NCBI GenBank assembly: GCA_951406725.2
Contig: OX597833.1
Location: 71,982,001-72,046,000 of the forward strand
Direction: 5' to 3'
Length of the DNA: 64,000 bases
From: Octopus vulgaris
Lineage: Eukaryota
Part shown: positions 50,900-63,799 of the stretch, piece after piece
How the letters are laid out: each line of letters starts with the position of its first letter
Position numbering within the stretch: the stretch's first letter is position 1
Made by a program: the position numbers and the translations under genes
The notes under the pieces: generated by a model
Databases searched by the model: none
What the model saw: only the letters and a program-made list of their open reading frames with translations
What the model was told of the DNA's origin: nothing

Positions 50900-51207
50900 G
50901 TTCATCAACGCTCGTCGACGTATTTTGCAGCCGATGCTGGATGCCAGCAATCCTGACCAAGCCAAAGTGAAGAAAAATAAACCACCCAATCGACCCCTTC
51001 AAAGGTTCTGGCCTGAAAATATTGCCAATCTACGTCCCCAGATACCTACATCTCTCGATGGTAACCTTTCGGGTAGCTCCAGTCCTCTGTCTATTGGAGA
51101 TGCTGATGGCATTGGGGATGGAGCATCCAATGAGAGCAGCCCTTTAGCCACATCAAGCCAGCCGTCCAATCAAACCATAGTGCTACCCAATATGGAAACA
51201 GCAACTT
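50900..51207 (+). CDS. PKNOX: PKNOX coding exon 8
   Basis: FINARRRILQPMLDASN...KKNKPPNRPLQRFWP (PKNOX-specific NRPxQRFWP motif); phase 2/1. Confidence 0.95.
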
Positions 51208-52518
51208 GTAAGTTGAATTTCTTGTAGGGGTGAGGCACCCAGTTGCAAGTCCATGGTTTTGATTCCCACACTCAGCAGTGTGATCTGTTCTTCAACAAAA
51301 TACTTCATTTTCATCTCACTCCAGTCCTCTCAAATGAAAAAAAAAAAAGTACCAACTTGAGGTTAAACCTACAATAGATAGACATCATGTTCAGTGGTGG
51401 TTGTGGTGAGGGGGTGGGTATTATACTTTTAATTGCTTCTACACCATAGAAATCAAGTTAAGCTCCTGTCTAATGGCCCTGTTGTGACAGGCTTAAAACT
51501 TATGATATTATCCTGGATACAAATACTGCATTCACTTTTACAAATGGTGTGGTATGATTTAAGGGAGATTTGGCTGCTATTTCAAGTAGGTTACACAACC
51601 CTATTGAGGATCTTTCATTTATTTTATGTATTTATTTGTTTTTATGTGTGTCAGAATCTTCCAATGGTTGCTGTTGCTCAACACAAATAGTTTTATAGAT
51701 TCTGAAGATGGATGAACTTTTCAAATTCACATGGCTTCCTTAGTGATGACAGTTATTACAAGAGAAATAATTTCTTTATAATATTTGGTGGCATTAGAAA
51801 TTTGTATTCGAAATGAAGGAATTACAAGGAAAAAGATGCACAGATGTTACACATTTAATTTTTCTTTTGCTTACTTTTTACAAAGTTCTTACAATTTCCC
51901 GTTGATTGCCCATCTGGTTCCATGCGAGTGCCACCTGAATGAACCCATGCCAGTGACACATAAAAGCACCCACTACAATCTTGGAGCAGTTGGTGTTAGG
52001 AAGGGCATCCATCTGTAGAAACCTTCCCAGATCAGATTGGAGCCTGGGGCAGCCTCCTGGCTTGCCATTCCCTAGTCAAACCATCCTCCCATGCCAGCAT
52101 GGAAAGTGGATGTTAAATGATGATGATGATGATGATGAATACTGTTTCATTCTTTTTAGAAATTGTCAGCATGATATCACCTGTAACTTATTTTACGAAG
52201 TGAGGTATTTCATTAAAGATGAAAATATTTACAATCTGGAGAAAGTTCATGGAATGGTTTGTTTTCTTCTTTCGATAGAACTTTAGGAATCAAGAGGAAA
52301 GAGAAAGTGTTTAGTCTTTACATACTGAAAAATATCTTTTTCCATGGGGATTCTACTTTGTGAAAATGTCTTATAGTAGACAATACTTTCAGTTTTAGCT
52401 ACAAACAACTTCACAAGCCATTTTCCTATATATTCTTTGAGGTAAAGACAGTCATTTAAGTTCAATGACTAATGTTATTTTAATTATTCCAGCAAATATG
52501 GGAAGCAACTATAGATAT

Positions 52519-52797
52519 AATAGAAATATTAAAATTACTAAGTCTCTCTAAAGGAGATTACGGCAGCGTTACTGGATATTAATAGTTATTGCCAAACTAA
52601 TATGGCAGTCCATAAAGCTGTCGCTGATTAGCTCCAAGAGGCCATCGCCTCAAGCTAGCTATTTGACACACGAACCTGCGTCCATTACAACCTTCGAAGG
52701 TTCGTGTGTCATATAGCTAGCTAGAGGCGATGGCCTCTTGGAGCTAATCAGCGACAGCTTTATGGACTGCCATATTAGTTTGGCAATAACTATTAAT
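52519..52797. mobile_element. Fold-back insertion with 12-bp TSD in the last PKNOX intron
   Basis: AACTATAGATAT at 52507-52518 and 52798-52809; internal 101-bp inverted repeat. Confidence 0.8.
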
Positions 52798-53172
52798 AAC
52801 TATAGATATGTTCCTGTCTTATTAAACCTCTTCATTGTACTTGCAGTGGTAAGTCGTAAAAGTAGATGTACTGAAGGCTGCCATCTGCATGAAAACAATG
52901 CTTAAAATAGCATTACTATAATGCCTGTAGCTTGTTTGATGGGGAGAACTCCACAGAAACTATTCAACCTCTTTAATATCAAATTGCCTAAGACCACCCC
53001 TGACTCCATTCTACAAACTTCCCATTTTAAACTGTTCTAGATAAAAAGCTTTCATGTTAATTTGTATTCCAAAAACCTGTTTAAATTTGTAAATTCTTGA
53101 ATATTTTCAATTGAAACAAAGGGGCAGAGTATTTCACTAACTAAATCCTGTTTATTTTTCTTTCTTTTTCAG

Positions 53173-53717
53173 TTGTTCTTAATGATGGCCATATTGTCAA
53201 TGCTTCCGCATCCCTGGACAAATTCCGTTTGGATCACATTGCTGGTCACGCTTCTCTTGCAAACATCTCGGAAGCATCCAGGTTCATCCACAATAGCAAC
53301 ATCAATGCTTCCACCATCATGACCACCACCACCACCGCCACCACCACTGCCATTACAACGTCTTCCATCATCATCAGCAACAACAACAACACCACCACCA
53401 CCACTGCCACCACCACTGCTCCCACCACTGGTCGTGGTGGTAGCAGTGGACTCAGCAGCCACAGCATTGACAATAGTAGTAGTAGTAGTAATAGTAGTTG
53501 TAGTAGTAACTCAGCTGGTGTTAAAGCTGGTACTACTACTCACCGAACGAACAAAGAGATTGACCAAAACAACAGAGGGAAAGACTTAACCGCTTGCAGT
53601 AGTAGCAGTAGTAATAGTAGTAGTAGTAATTGTGGTAGTGGTATTGATGCAATCAGAGAGCAGACTGTCTGCTTGACCGACAACAATCTGCAGGACTCTC
53701 CCCTGCTGCAGCAATGA
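53173..53717 (+). CDS. PKNOX: PKNOX coding exon 9 (last, low complexity)
   Basis: Strong polypyrimidine acceptor at 53172, phase 1 matches, open to TGA 53715-53717; nine exons total 2241 nt (746 aa). Confidence 0.75.
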
Positions 53718-53795
53718 ACAACTCCAAACAACAAACACAAAATCTTGTGCTTCTATTTTCACTCTTTGCAAATGTGAAATTTTTTTTATTATTAC

Positions 53796-53796
<1 letters not shown>

Positions 53797-53869
<73 letters not shown>

Positions 53870-53936
53870 GTGTATGTCATATAAATGTAAATATATGTAT
53901 GTATGTATATATATATATGTATGTATGTATGTATGC

Positions 53937-53967
<31 letters not shown>

Positions 53968-54112
53968 ATATGTATATATATATGTATATATATATGTATA
54001 TATGTATGTATATATATGTATATATATGTATATATATGTATATATGTATGTATATATATATATACGAATATATGTATATATATATGTGTGTGTGTGTGTG
54101 TATATGTATATA
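53797..54112. repeat. Long (TA)n/(TATG)n/(TG)n microsatellite
   Basis: Directly visible, about 315 bp. Confidence 0.97.
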
Positions 54113-55750
54113 TTTTATTCTTTGTTTTTCAAAATACAAAAAAATCTTAAATTTCATTGTTGTTGTTATTATTGTTGGTGTGTCTCTGCAGGAAGAGGCA
54201 GCTCGTTGCTTTGACAACTGAAAGAGTTTAAGATGGAGGCAATGATGAACCGAGCCTGCCCACCTCCTCTTCTTTGCCGAACTGCCATAAACAGACCACT
54301 TGTTGTATGACAAAATATATTTCTTTGTGGGGTCGGGGGGCAGCAAACGGAAGGACCACCCTGAGCAGCACACCCTCTGGCTACACTAGTGGTCTTTGGC
54401 AGTGTCTGAACTCAGAATCTAAAAACCCAGAATAAATGTTGCCAACCAGTTTCCCCAATGTTCTGACATTTCTGCCATCTTAGAAAATGTACAGGAGTTA
54501 GTTCCGACCCTTGTATTATCAGCTCTCTGATACCATATCTCTAGGATTTCAATTCATTTTGAAAATAATTCAGAGCTTGAAGTAATTAACTCTTTCCATA
54601 AACTGATGTTTGGAATAAAACTAAAATGGTTTCCACATGAAATTAGAGAAGACCCTTTAAAGATGGGCACCTTTGTTTGATTCATAGTTTTGTGTCATAC
54701 AACAAGCGATCTGTTTATGGCAAGTTTGGCAAAGAAGAGGAGGTGGGCAGGGTCGGTTCATCCAGTCCACACTGTAAAGTGGTTGGTGTTAGGAAGGGCA
54801 TCCAGCAGTGAAAACTTTGCCAAAACTGACCTTGTTTGTGCTTGTGCCATGCAAAAAGCACTAAGTCCACTCTGCTGAGTGCTTGGTGTTAGGAAGGGCA
54901 TCCAGCTGTAAAAATCCTGCCTATACAAGTCTGGTGCAGGCTTCTGCTTGGCCGGCTCTTGTGAAACCGTCCCACCCATGCCAACATGGAAGGCAGATGT
55001 TAAATGATGATGAGGGAAAACTTGGCCTTCTTTAGGACCAGAGAATACTTCAACTTGCTACAACTTCAAAGCTCATGTAACACTCATTTCCTGAATGCAA
55101 TGCACACCTGTATTGTAGACTGCATCCATCCTCCAAAGGCCACCTGGATGCTGCAGCTCACAAACGCACACCAACATCAAACCATTCAACAAAATAAAAC
55201 ATTGATAGCAATCAACCACTTCTGTCTCAGTCAGCCACGAAAACTTGTGAATTCCCTCTGATTCATACAAACAACAACAATAACTATTAAAAAAGTTCCC
55301 CCACCACCAAAACAACCCAAAAATGTTACTTGCCCTGCTAGATAAAGCAGTCAAATCATACCTTTTTGTAAGTTTTCTTTATTGATTTAGTCCAAGTAAA
55401 GGAATGCTTTGCAAAGCAATGACAACCAGTAAGACTGATGCCACTAATTGTCTTCAATTTTACTATTTTTAAAACTAATAGAAGGACACAGTGCATAATA
55501 TAGCCATAGATACCCCTAAAATGACAGGAATGTCATGGATGGAATAATAATTATAGGTTTGCTGGTTCAGGTGTGATTGATGATTAAAGATGTTTTGATC
55601 AGAGGCTTTAAAACTGAAAAAGACAAAAAAGAGAATAGTCACAACAAGAACATGCTTACTCAGGGTTAAATTAAACACCAACAATAACAACAAAAACTAC
55701 AAGAGAAAAAAAAACTCTTGGATTGCAGAGAAAACTTACCGTTTGTTTAA

Positions 55751-55865
55751 TTAAGCCTGCAATCCAGCATCCTTCACCATTCCATAGAACAGTGAGTCAG
55801 GATCCTTTAAGAGTGCTTCAGGTTTTCCAAACTCTACTAATTTACCAGCATCAAGAACCATGACC
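55751..55865 (-). CDS. ABCC/MRP transporter, last coding exon
   Basis: VMVLDAGKLVEFGKPEALLKDPDSLFYGMVKDAGLQA-stop; typical MRP C-terminus. Confidence 0.95.
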
Positions 55866-56557
55866 CTATAAAGACACACATATATATATATATATTGAAG
55901 CATGGGCACATAACATGCATACATGTGTGTGTGTGTGTGTACAAATGAAAGAAAAGTGCACTCATCCTATGCCTTAGAGTAAATATTTTAATAATAGTGA
56001 GTTTCTAAAATTTGCATTGCTAAAAGTTTCACTGATGCAAAGTATGTCTGATATATCCAAATGGCAAAATAAGCAGAAACCCATGAAGACGATGGATTGT
56101 TATTGGACAATGATATAATTTGTTCCTATTAGTGACATGAGGCAGGATTGCTAAACAACCGCTAAAGTGACTGCTGGGTGGTGTAATGGTCACTGGAGAT
56201 ACCCTGTGAAAGAGCAGTTTCTTTTGTTTGTAATTTCAGAAGAAATTCTGTACAATTTCAGTGAAAATTATGAAACAATTCTTAAAATTTGCAAATTGGA
56301 CACTGTGTTGATGGCAGCAGTTTTATGGTTCACTCTTATTGTTTAAGGATACAAAGGGCTATTTTGATATCTGCAATTTCTCAGAGACAAAGATGTCAGT
56401 TATGCATTCCAGATAAATAAAGAGGGACCATGACAAGTATGCTGAGCAGGTTATTTCCATGGTTTTGGACTCTCAAGTGAAAAGGTCACAGAGGGAAGTT
56501 TCTCTCTCTCTCTCTGTACAGGTAGACAAATACATTACATACATCATCGGTAACTTA

Positions 56558-57016
<459 letters not shown>

Positions 57017-57606
57017 TCAAATCCATCTTTATCTCTACCAGTTTCTGTAGGGGCCAGTATGACTTCAAAAGATGTCAATTGATTGGTTTATACAACCAGG
57101 AAGAGAACAGGAAAGAAAATTGTATTCCTCTTCGGGGTATGGATTCCCTGAGATAAAAAAAAACTTTTGGATAAAGTAATGGTTGCTATGCTAGATAATA
57201 AGTTAATTCTGCTCCCAAAACCAGTAACTTGATGGATGCTTTTGAAAAATTGACATTTTAATTGATTTCACCCTTACTAATTTTTCATGTCCACTCATGG
57301 GAATTCATGTCAAGTTAATCTACTTAATGTTTCTCTTATAACTCTACTAACAGGTACAGAGTAGTTTATGCTTAGCCAAGGCGGCTGAAGAAGACTGCAA
57401 CATGTTGGTGTTCACTTGTGTATTTAACAAAAGAGTTACAATTATATCAGTCACCGAGATGCAGTGGTCTTCCCCATCGCATAGACATTTCTACTCAGAT
57501 TTTTAATATGTTAAACACCATCTTAACTGTTGTTTTTCATGTAGAAAGTTCACAAAGCGAATGTTACCATCCCAAGGCCAAGAAGGGCCATAGCATCACA
57601 TACGTA

Positions 57607-57641
<35 letters not shown>

Positions 57642-57939
57642 TGTCTGTGTCTATCTTGACATTGTGTGATTGTTTTAAAGGAATATCATTCATTTTCAAT
57701 ATTCTGTGGAAACATGTCTGGCCCAGGTGGGGAATATTACTTTGCTCAGAAACAGGTAAAGGTTTGCAACAGGAAGGGTATCTGACCATATAAAATCTGC
57801 CTCAATAAACTTCACCCAACCCATTCCAGCATGGAAAAATGGATGTTAAAACTATAATGATGATGATGACGATGGGGATGATGATGATGATGATAATGGT
57901 GATGAGATATATGAAGTAAAATAGCGTTATAAATGTCAC

Positions 57940-58106
57940 CTGAGATTTTGTCCACCTTCAATACACCTGTATTCAAGCTGTGAAGGTAAGGCAAGAACAA
58001 AGGGTTTCAAGTGAGCCACATGCAGCGCCTGCCAGATCTGATCATCTGTGTATTTGTTAAGGGGATCGAGGTTCATTCGAATACTTCCCGAGAACAAAAC
58101 TGGGTC
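57940..58106 (-). CDS. ABCC/MRP exon: NBD2 post-Q-loop
   Basis: DPVLFSGSIRMNLDPLNKYTDDQIWQALHVAHLKPFVLALPSQLEYRCIEGGQNL; phase 0/2. Confidence 0.96.
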
Positions 58107-58874
58107 CTGGTCAGAAACAAAAAGTTCAGAAGCAAATTCTTTGATAAATACAACAACATCTTTTTTTTTTCTGTCTGTCTGTCTGTCTGTCTACCTCTCT
58201 CTCTCTCTCTTTCTCTCTTGCCCCTTTTCTCCCACATTTCTTTCCTCTCAAGATAAGTTTACAACTTAGACCGATCAAAAATAGTGAATGTCCCCTTAGA
58301 ATAATGGATAAATGTATAAAGAACATGGATTGGAATCCCTTCTTAATTATTCCTATTTTTGTTCATGATTAATAGAAAAATAAATATATAAGTAAATAAA
58401 TAAAAAAAGAACTGAATTCAAGGTAAGTTGTGGTCGTCTCTATTTGCAGCAATTATAATTGATGAAGTTTTGTTCTCTCAATGGCAGAAAATTGGCCAAA
58501 TCAGTAGAGCACTGAAGGAAAGAACTTGTGATATTTCATGCCATTAAGTTCTGAGTTCAAATCCTACCAGCTTTGACTTCTCCCTTTACTCTTCAAATTC
58601 TAATCTTTCAGCAGATCTATGGTCAAAGACATTCCGGTTGTGATCATCCCGTCCTTTTTTATAATCCTTTTTCAGGTTATGTCTATACATTATTACTGAA
58701 GGTGTCTTTTAATTTTTTAAATATGATAGGGTGGGATTAGAACAAGATTTAGCTGTCTTTTCTAGGAAGCTGAACAACAGCACAATCTTTTCTCACTGGC
58801 TCAGTTTGTTAACAGTCTGGCTAATTAGTGGAAAGTGATGCAAATTAATGAAAGAAACAGCAAACAATTAACTA

Positions 58875-59075
<201 letters not shown>

Positions 59076-59505
59076 TTATTAATTTAGTCTGAGGTGGATC
59101 AACAAAGTTGAAGGAAGGAGTAGCAGAGTGTGGGAAGGAGTGGCTCTGGAAGTGATTGATTTAAGGGGAAGAAGTGTAGGGGTGACGGATATATGTGTGG
59201 GGTGGGGCAAGTAAAGTGTCTGGGGTAAAAAGGGGTAGAATTTGGGGAAGAATGGATATGAATGGAGTGGGTGAGGGAAGAAGTTTTTGGTGGGATAAAT
59301 TAAAATGATTGAGATAGTATTTAGACAGACAAAGAATGACTAGGGAAGCTTGCTGGGGTAAGGAGATGGCTGGCTACATATGGGTGGTGAGAGGAAAGTG
59401 AGTGTGATTAGGGGTGTAGTTTGTGTGACTGGTGTATAGGACTAGGGGTAGCACTTGTATGTGAATTATGGGTTGTGTGTGTGTGTGTGTGGGGATAATA
59501 TTTAC

Positions 59506-59649
59506 CTTCTCTCCTCCTTTAATGTGACAGGTGATGCCCTTCAAGACAAGCTCCAACCCTGGCCGATAGCGTAAATCAAAGTTCTCAAAGTCTATGTTAC
59601 CTTCTTGTGGCCAGGAAGGGTCAGGATGATGGTCTGTGACCCACGCTGC
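59506..59649 (-). CDS. ABCC/MRP exon: NBD2 entry
   Basis: AAWVTDHHPDPSWPQEGNIDFENFDLRYRPGLELVLKGITCHIKGGEK. Confidence 0.96.
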
Positions 59650-59758
59650 CTGGAAACAGAAATGATGTTTTGGGTTAGTTGTATACTATGTGTGTGTTTG
59701 TAGATTTGAGTTTGGTTGTGTGTATGTGCTTCAGGTGTGCATACGAGATTCAGTGTAT

Positions 59759-59802
<44 letters not shown>

Positions 59803-61277
59803 CCAACAGGATGTCTGTTTAATCGTAGGATGTGTATGTTTATGTGTGTACATGTTTGCGTATGGTTGGGTGTATGTTTTTAAGTGACTCCAAATAAACC
59901 TTGAACCAGCAGATCTATGATAGAAGACATTCTTTCTATGATCAATCTGTCTTTCTTTTTCTTTTTCTGGATATAATGTATCCATGACTACATTATCGAA
60001 TGTATTCTTAGCTTTTTTTAAAACATTAGGATGGGTTTTGAGGAGAATTTGGATTGCTTTATGGAGGATGTGACAGACTCTGTAGTGATGGCGTCATGAT
60101 AAAATGCCCTCAGTACGGCAGCTGGAATATAGGAAGGAGAAACCAAATTAGAAATGAAGTAAGATGTGGCTCTCAAGAGGAGAGCCACAAAAGTGTGCAT
60201 ATACATGCACACATTACGGATGTCTGCACGGTTTCTGTGTAGCAAATATGGCTTTCAAGGTGTTGGTCAACCTTTGACAAGCTGGAATCATTAGATTTTT
60301 AATAATGGAGGGCAAGGTTTACGATATTGGAAGAATATCGTCTTCTTCCATCATTCTTTTTGTTCTTTATGGAGTTCAGGCTTTCAGCAGGCAAAGAGAA
60401 AAAACTTCAAGTACAACTGCTATTTACAACTGGTTTATTTACAGGAAGGTGAAGTGTACTGCTCTCAGCTACCATCTTAAACTCCGATAGTGTGGGTGCA
60501 TTGTCTCTGGAGATAGACAGGCAGAGAGCTCTGCCAGAGTTGGTGTTCAGCCAGAGCTGCTGTGTAATGGTGCCAAAAGAGAAGAGACAGGACTGAATCG
60601 GTTTTCTGCCTACATCGTTTCCATCGTGAGCCTCGTTGTGATCTCGTGCATAGCATATGGATGCAGGTGAGGTCTCGCTCAAAGTTCGGAGATGGCAACG
60701 GCTGCTGTGAGATCTCATCCAATATGGTGCTGGCTGCTTGTGCCGCTACAGATTGCAAAGTACACGGATATGTCAAGCTTGTGTATGTCGACGTTTATAA
60801 GGATTCAAATGTTGCTGTTGTTTAATTCCAGGTCAGACCTCATCAGCCACATCCATGATCAAAAGTATTCCAGTTGTGGCCATTTTGCCTTGTGCAGTGT
60901 ATCTTGGACTACATTATCAAATGTGTCATTCCATGTTTTTTATAGAGAGTATTGTATTTTGTTTGAGGGAATATTGACTGCGATTTTTAGTATGTTTGTT
61001 GGCTATGTGGAGCATGTTTGTTGCCAGTTCTAGTTGGTTCTCTTTAGCTCCAAGTCAGTTTTGACGAAGCAAATCTTGGATCAAATGTATACCAGCCATG
61101 ACCACCCTTTATTCAAATATAGTATATCTTGCACTAAACAATCCAAATTGTTTTTCCTATTTTTGTGGCCGGAAAACTTTGTGATTTGAGGATTTGGCTG
61201 CTATTTCTAGCGGGCCAAGTGATCTTAACCATTGGTACAAAAAATTGGATATAAAAAAGGAAGCAATGTAGACTTAC

Positions 61278-61379
61278 TTCATTTTCTGTTTTGGTATATT
61301 CATCAATTCTCTCGACTGAGACGATGTGAGTTTCCATCTCGGAGAGAACTTTCACAAACCAAGCCAGAAATACAGACAA
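61278..61379 (-). CDS. ABCC/MRP exon: last TM helix (TM17 equivalent)
   Basis: LSVFLAWFVKVLSEMETHIVSVERIDEYTKTENE; 102 nt. Confidence 0.94.
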
Positions 61380-61430
61380 CTGAAAGCAGGAAAATTACAA
61401 GAGAGGTGGAAGAGGAGAAAGAAGGAGCAA

Positions 61431-61570
61431 GGAGGAGATGTGTGCATGTGACAGGGGGAGATGTGTGCATGTGACAGACGTGACAGGGGGAGATGTGTGC
61501 ATGTGACAGACGTGACAGGGGGAGATGTGTGCATGTGACAGACGTGACAGGGGGAGATGTGTGCATGTCA
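61431..61570. repeat. 32-bp minisatellite
   Basis: GGGGGAGATGTGTGCATGTGACAGACGTGACA x3 plus partial units. Confidence 0.95.
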
Positions 61571-61849
61571 GGTAAATTTATAAGCATGAGATATTTTTAA
61601 TACACAGACATCTAGTTCAGTGATATTGTTAAAAAGTATTGAATGTCGTTAAATTCCATGTTTTTCTTTCTGACGTCAAAATAAAAAAAATCAATCTGAT
61701 AAGTTTCAGTATTTATTAAAGCTTCATCAGAAACTGATTTTCCATCTCTGTTCACAGAAAGAATAATATTGCTCTCATCTATTTATAATGTAGAGACCCA
61801 TTTGGACAGAACACAACTGGTTTGTGTAATTTGCATTTTTTTTTTTTGC

Positions 61850-62810
61850 TTGCTGGGTTTGGAGGAAGAAAGAGTGGCCATGGCATCAGCAGGTTTATCT
61901 GGACCTGTGAGAGTGACCCCATTAATGTTCCTCTTGAACCTTTGTAAGTCAACACTCACAGGAAAGATAAGAGCAGGAAGGGAATTCCAAAAGGCCAACA
62001 TTCTGTGAAAGAAGGACTGAGTATATTGATAAGTATGGGGTCTGGAGGTTGGATCCAACCTCCAGACACCATATTTATGATGATGGGAAAAGGAAAGAAG
62101 AATGGGACAGGAGTGCCAAAGCTGAGGTGGCAGGAGCCTCAAAGACCAATGGGGAAGCAAGAGATTGCAGAGGCCGGAGCCTTTATGCTAACCAGAAAGG
62201 TGGCCCTTTTTTGAATGCAATCAAGGGTGTATGCAGCAGCAGTAGCTCTGTCCAAGATGCGAGAACAATACTCTGTTATGGGCCTTGTCTGAGCCATGTA
62301 GAGTATCAGTATTTGATGGGAGCTGAAGTAACTTCTGGCTCTGAAGAGAAAGGCCAGGGATGTAACCACGGCTATGTGAAGGATGTGCTTTTGCCAGGAT
62401 AGGGGCTTGATGATGATAGTGAGGCTCAACAACTGGGACAATTTTAAGGCCTCTAACAGAGTGTTACTCATGGTTATGGGGAGTGTTGTGTGAGGATGTT
62501 TTCTCAATATGATAACAGTTGTGTTTTCTTGTTGAAAGAAACAACATTAGCCTAAGGGACAGAAGCTGTATTTGAGGTCTTGCTTCATGGAGCCATTACA
62601 GGCTTGGCATGCACAAACGGACGATGCATGGTTAGAGGGTATTTAAGAGGAATGAAGGGTTGGGTTATCTGCTTAGGTGTGGGTGTTGTTAGATGTGTTA
62701 GCAAGTAAATCATTGATGCATAGAAGGAAGAGGATGGGAACGAGGATGAAACCACCCCCAGGACCATACTGGGTGTAGAGATAACGAGAGACCAAAAGCG
62801 TTTCATTAAG
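61850..62810 (-). mobile_element. CR1/L2/Jockey-group LINE 3' relic
   Basis: LILYMAQTRPITEYCS...LDCIQKRA and SFFHRMLAFWNSLPALIFP...FKRNIN, typical ORF2 C-terminal motifs. Confidence 0.8.
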
Positions 62811-62938
62811 AATCTAATCTGTTAATTGCATTAATTAATGTAAGCATTGACTGGCAATATGAAATGGTTTTAACTCTGTATTGAATAAAACAAAAAAGAG
62901 AGAACCTCAGTAAGGCCGAAGCACATTTTGTCACTTAC

Positions 62939-63065
62939 CTTTAAAGCACTGCTCATGGATAGACCAAAAGAAGCACCTGTCATGTTGTCCCGGTTGGCAA
63001 TTCCCAGGACAATGGAAATAAACACAGTGAAATGACTGATGAAATCAAGGCAAATCCCCAATCCT
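62939..63065 (-). CDS. ABCC/MRP exon: TM16 equivalent (most upstream exon found in the window)
   Basis: GLGICLDFISHFTVFISIVLGIANRDNMTGASFGLSMSSALK; 127 nt, tttcag/gtaagt flanks; gene continues past 64000. Confidence 0.88.
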
Positions 63066-63799
63066 CTGAAATAGAGGTAAACAATAGATTTTCAATAAAA
63101 TTTCATCTTTTCATGGAAGACAAAGGTCTATAGAGGCAACATACTAACTCTACTTCCTTAGTATTAAATGCTAGAGAGAAATTTTTCACCCATTCTACAT
63201 ATGTGTGTGAGCAAAAGAAAGCTATTTACATCATGGCTTGGCAGGATGTCTTTGATTCAAGAAACCAAAGAAAAGCAAGGGAGACAACTCAAACAAAAAG
63301 ATTTTCTAGTCTCAATTAATTGAAATTGGGGACAGGTAAATCTGTAACAAGAAAGGTAATCTGATTTTTAGCAGACACAGTGATAACTTGAAACATGTTT
63401 CAGGTTCATCGACCTCCTTAGTGGAGCCTTTTACATGGTACGCTAGACTAACACAAAGTGTTTTCTACAAGAGCCTGTTAACCATTTTGATTTTATTCCT
63501 TGTCAGAAGACGAAGCACCCATGACTTTTGTAGTGTTGCTGGGACTGAATTTAACTCACCCACAAGGCTTAGGTCAACCCTCTTGATTAATGTGATGCAA
63601 ACTGGGATAATTGAATCTAATGTTGCATGATTGAAAAGCAAACATTTTAACTAGCAAAGCTATGAACTGCATTCTGCTCTCCTGCCCTCACTCTTGTATT
63701 GTTACTGGAAAACTGAGGCAGCAGTGTAAAATCGAGTTACCTGAAGAGAAGAAGGTGAGAGCAACAAATGCCTTGAATTTAACAAACTCTTATAATAAA

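Noticed and set aside
45882-51207. Assignment as Meis/homothorax
   Set aside because: [28 protein letters not shown] and NRPLQRFWP match PKNOX/Prep, not Meis.
53798-54373. YI-repeat ORFs
   Set aside because: Translations of the (TA)n microsatellite.
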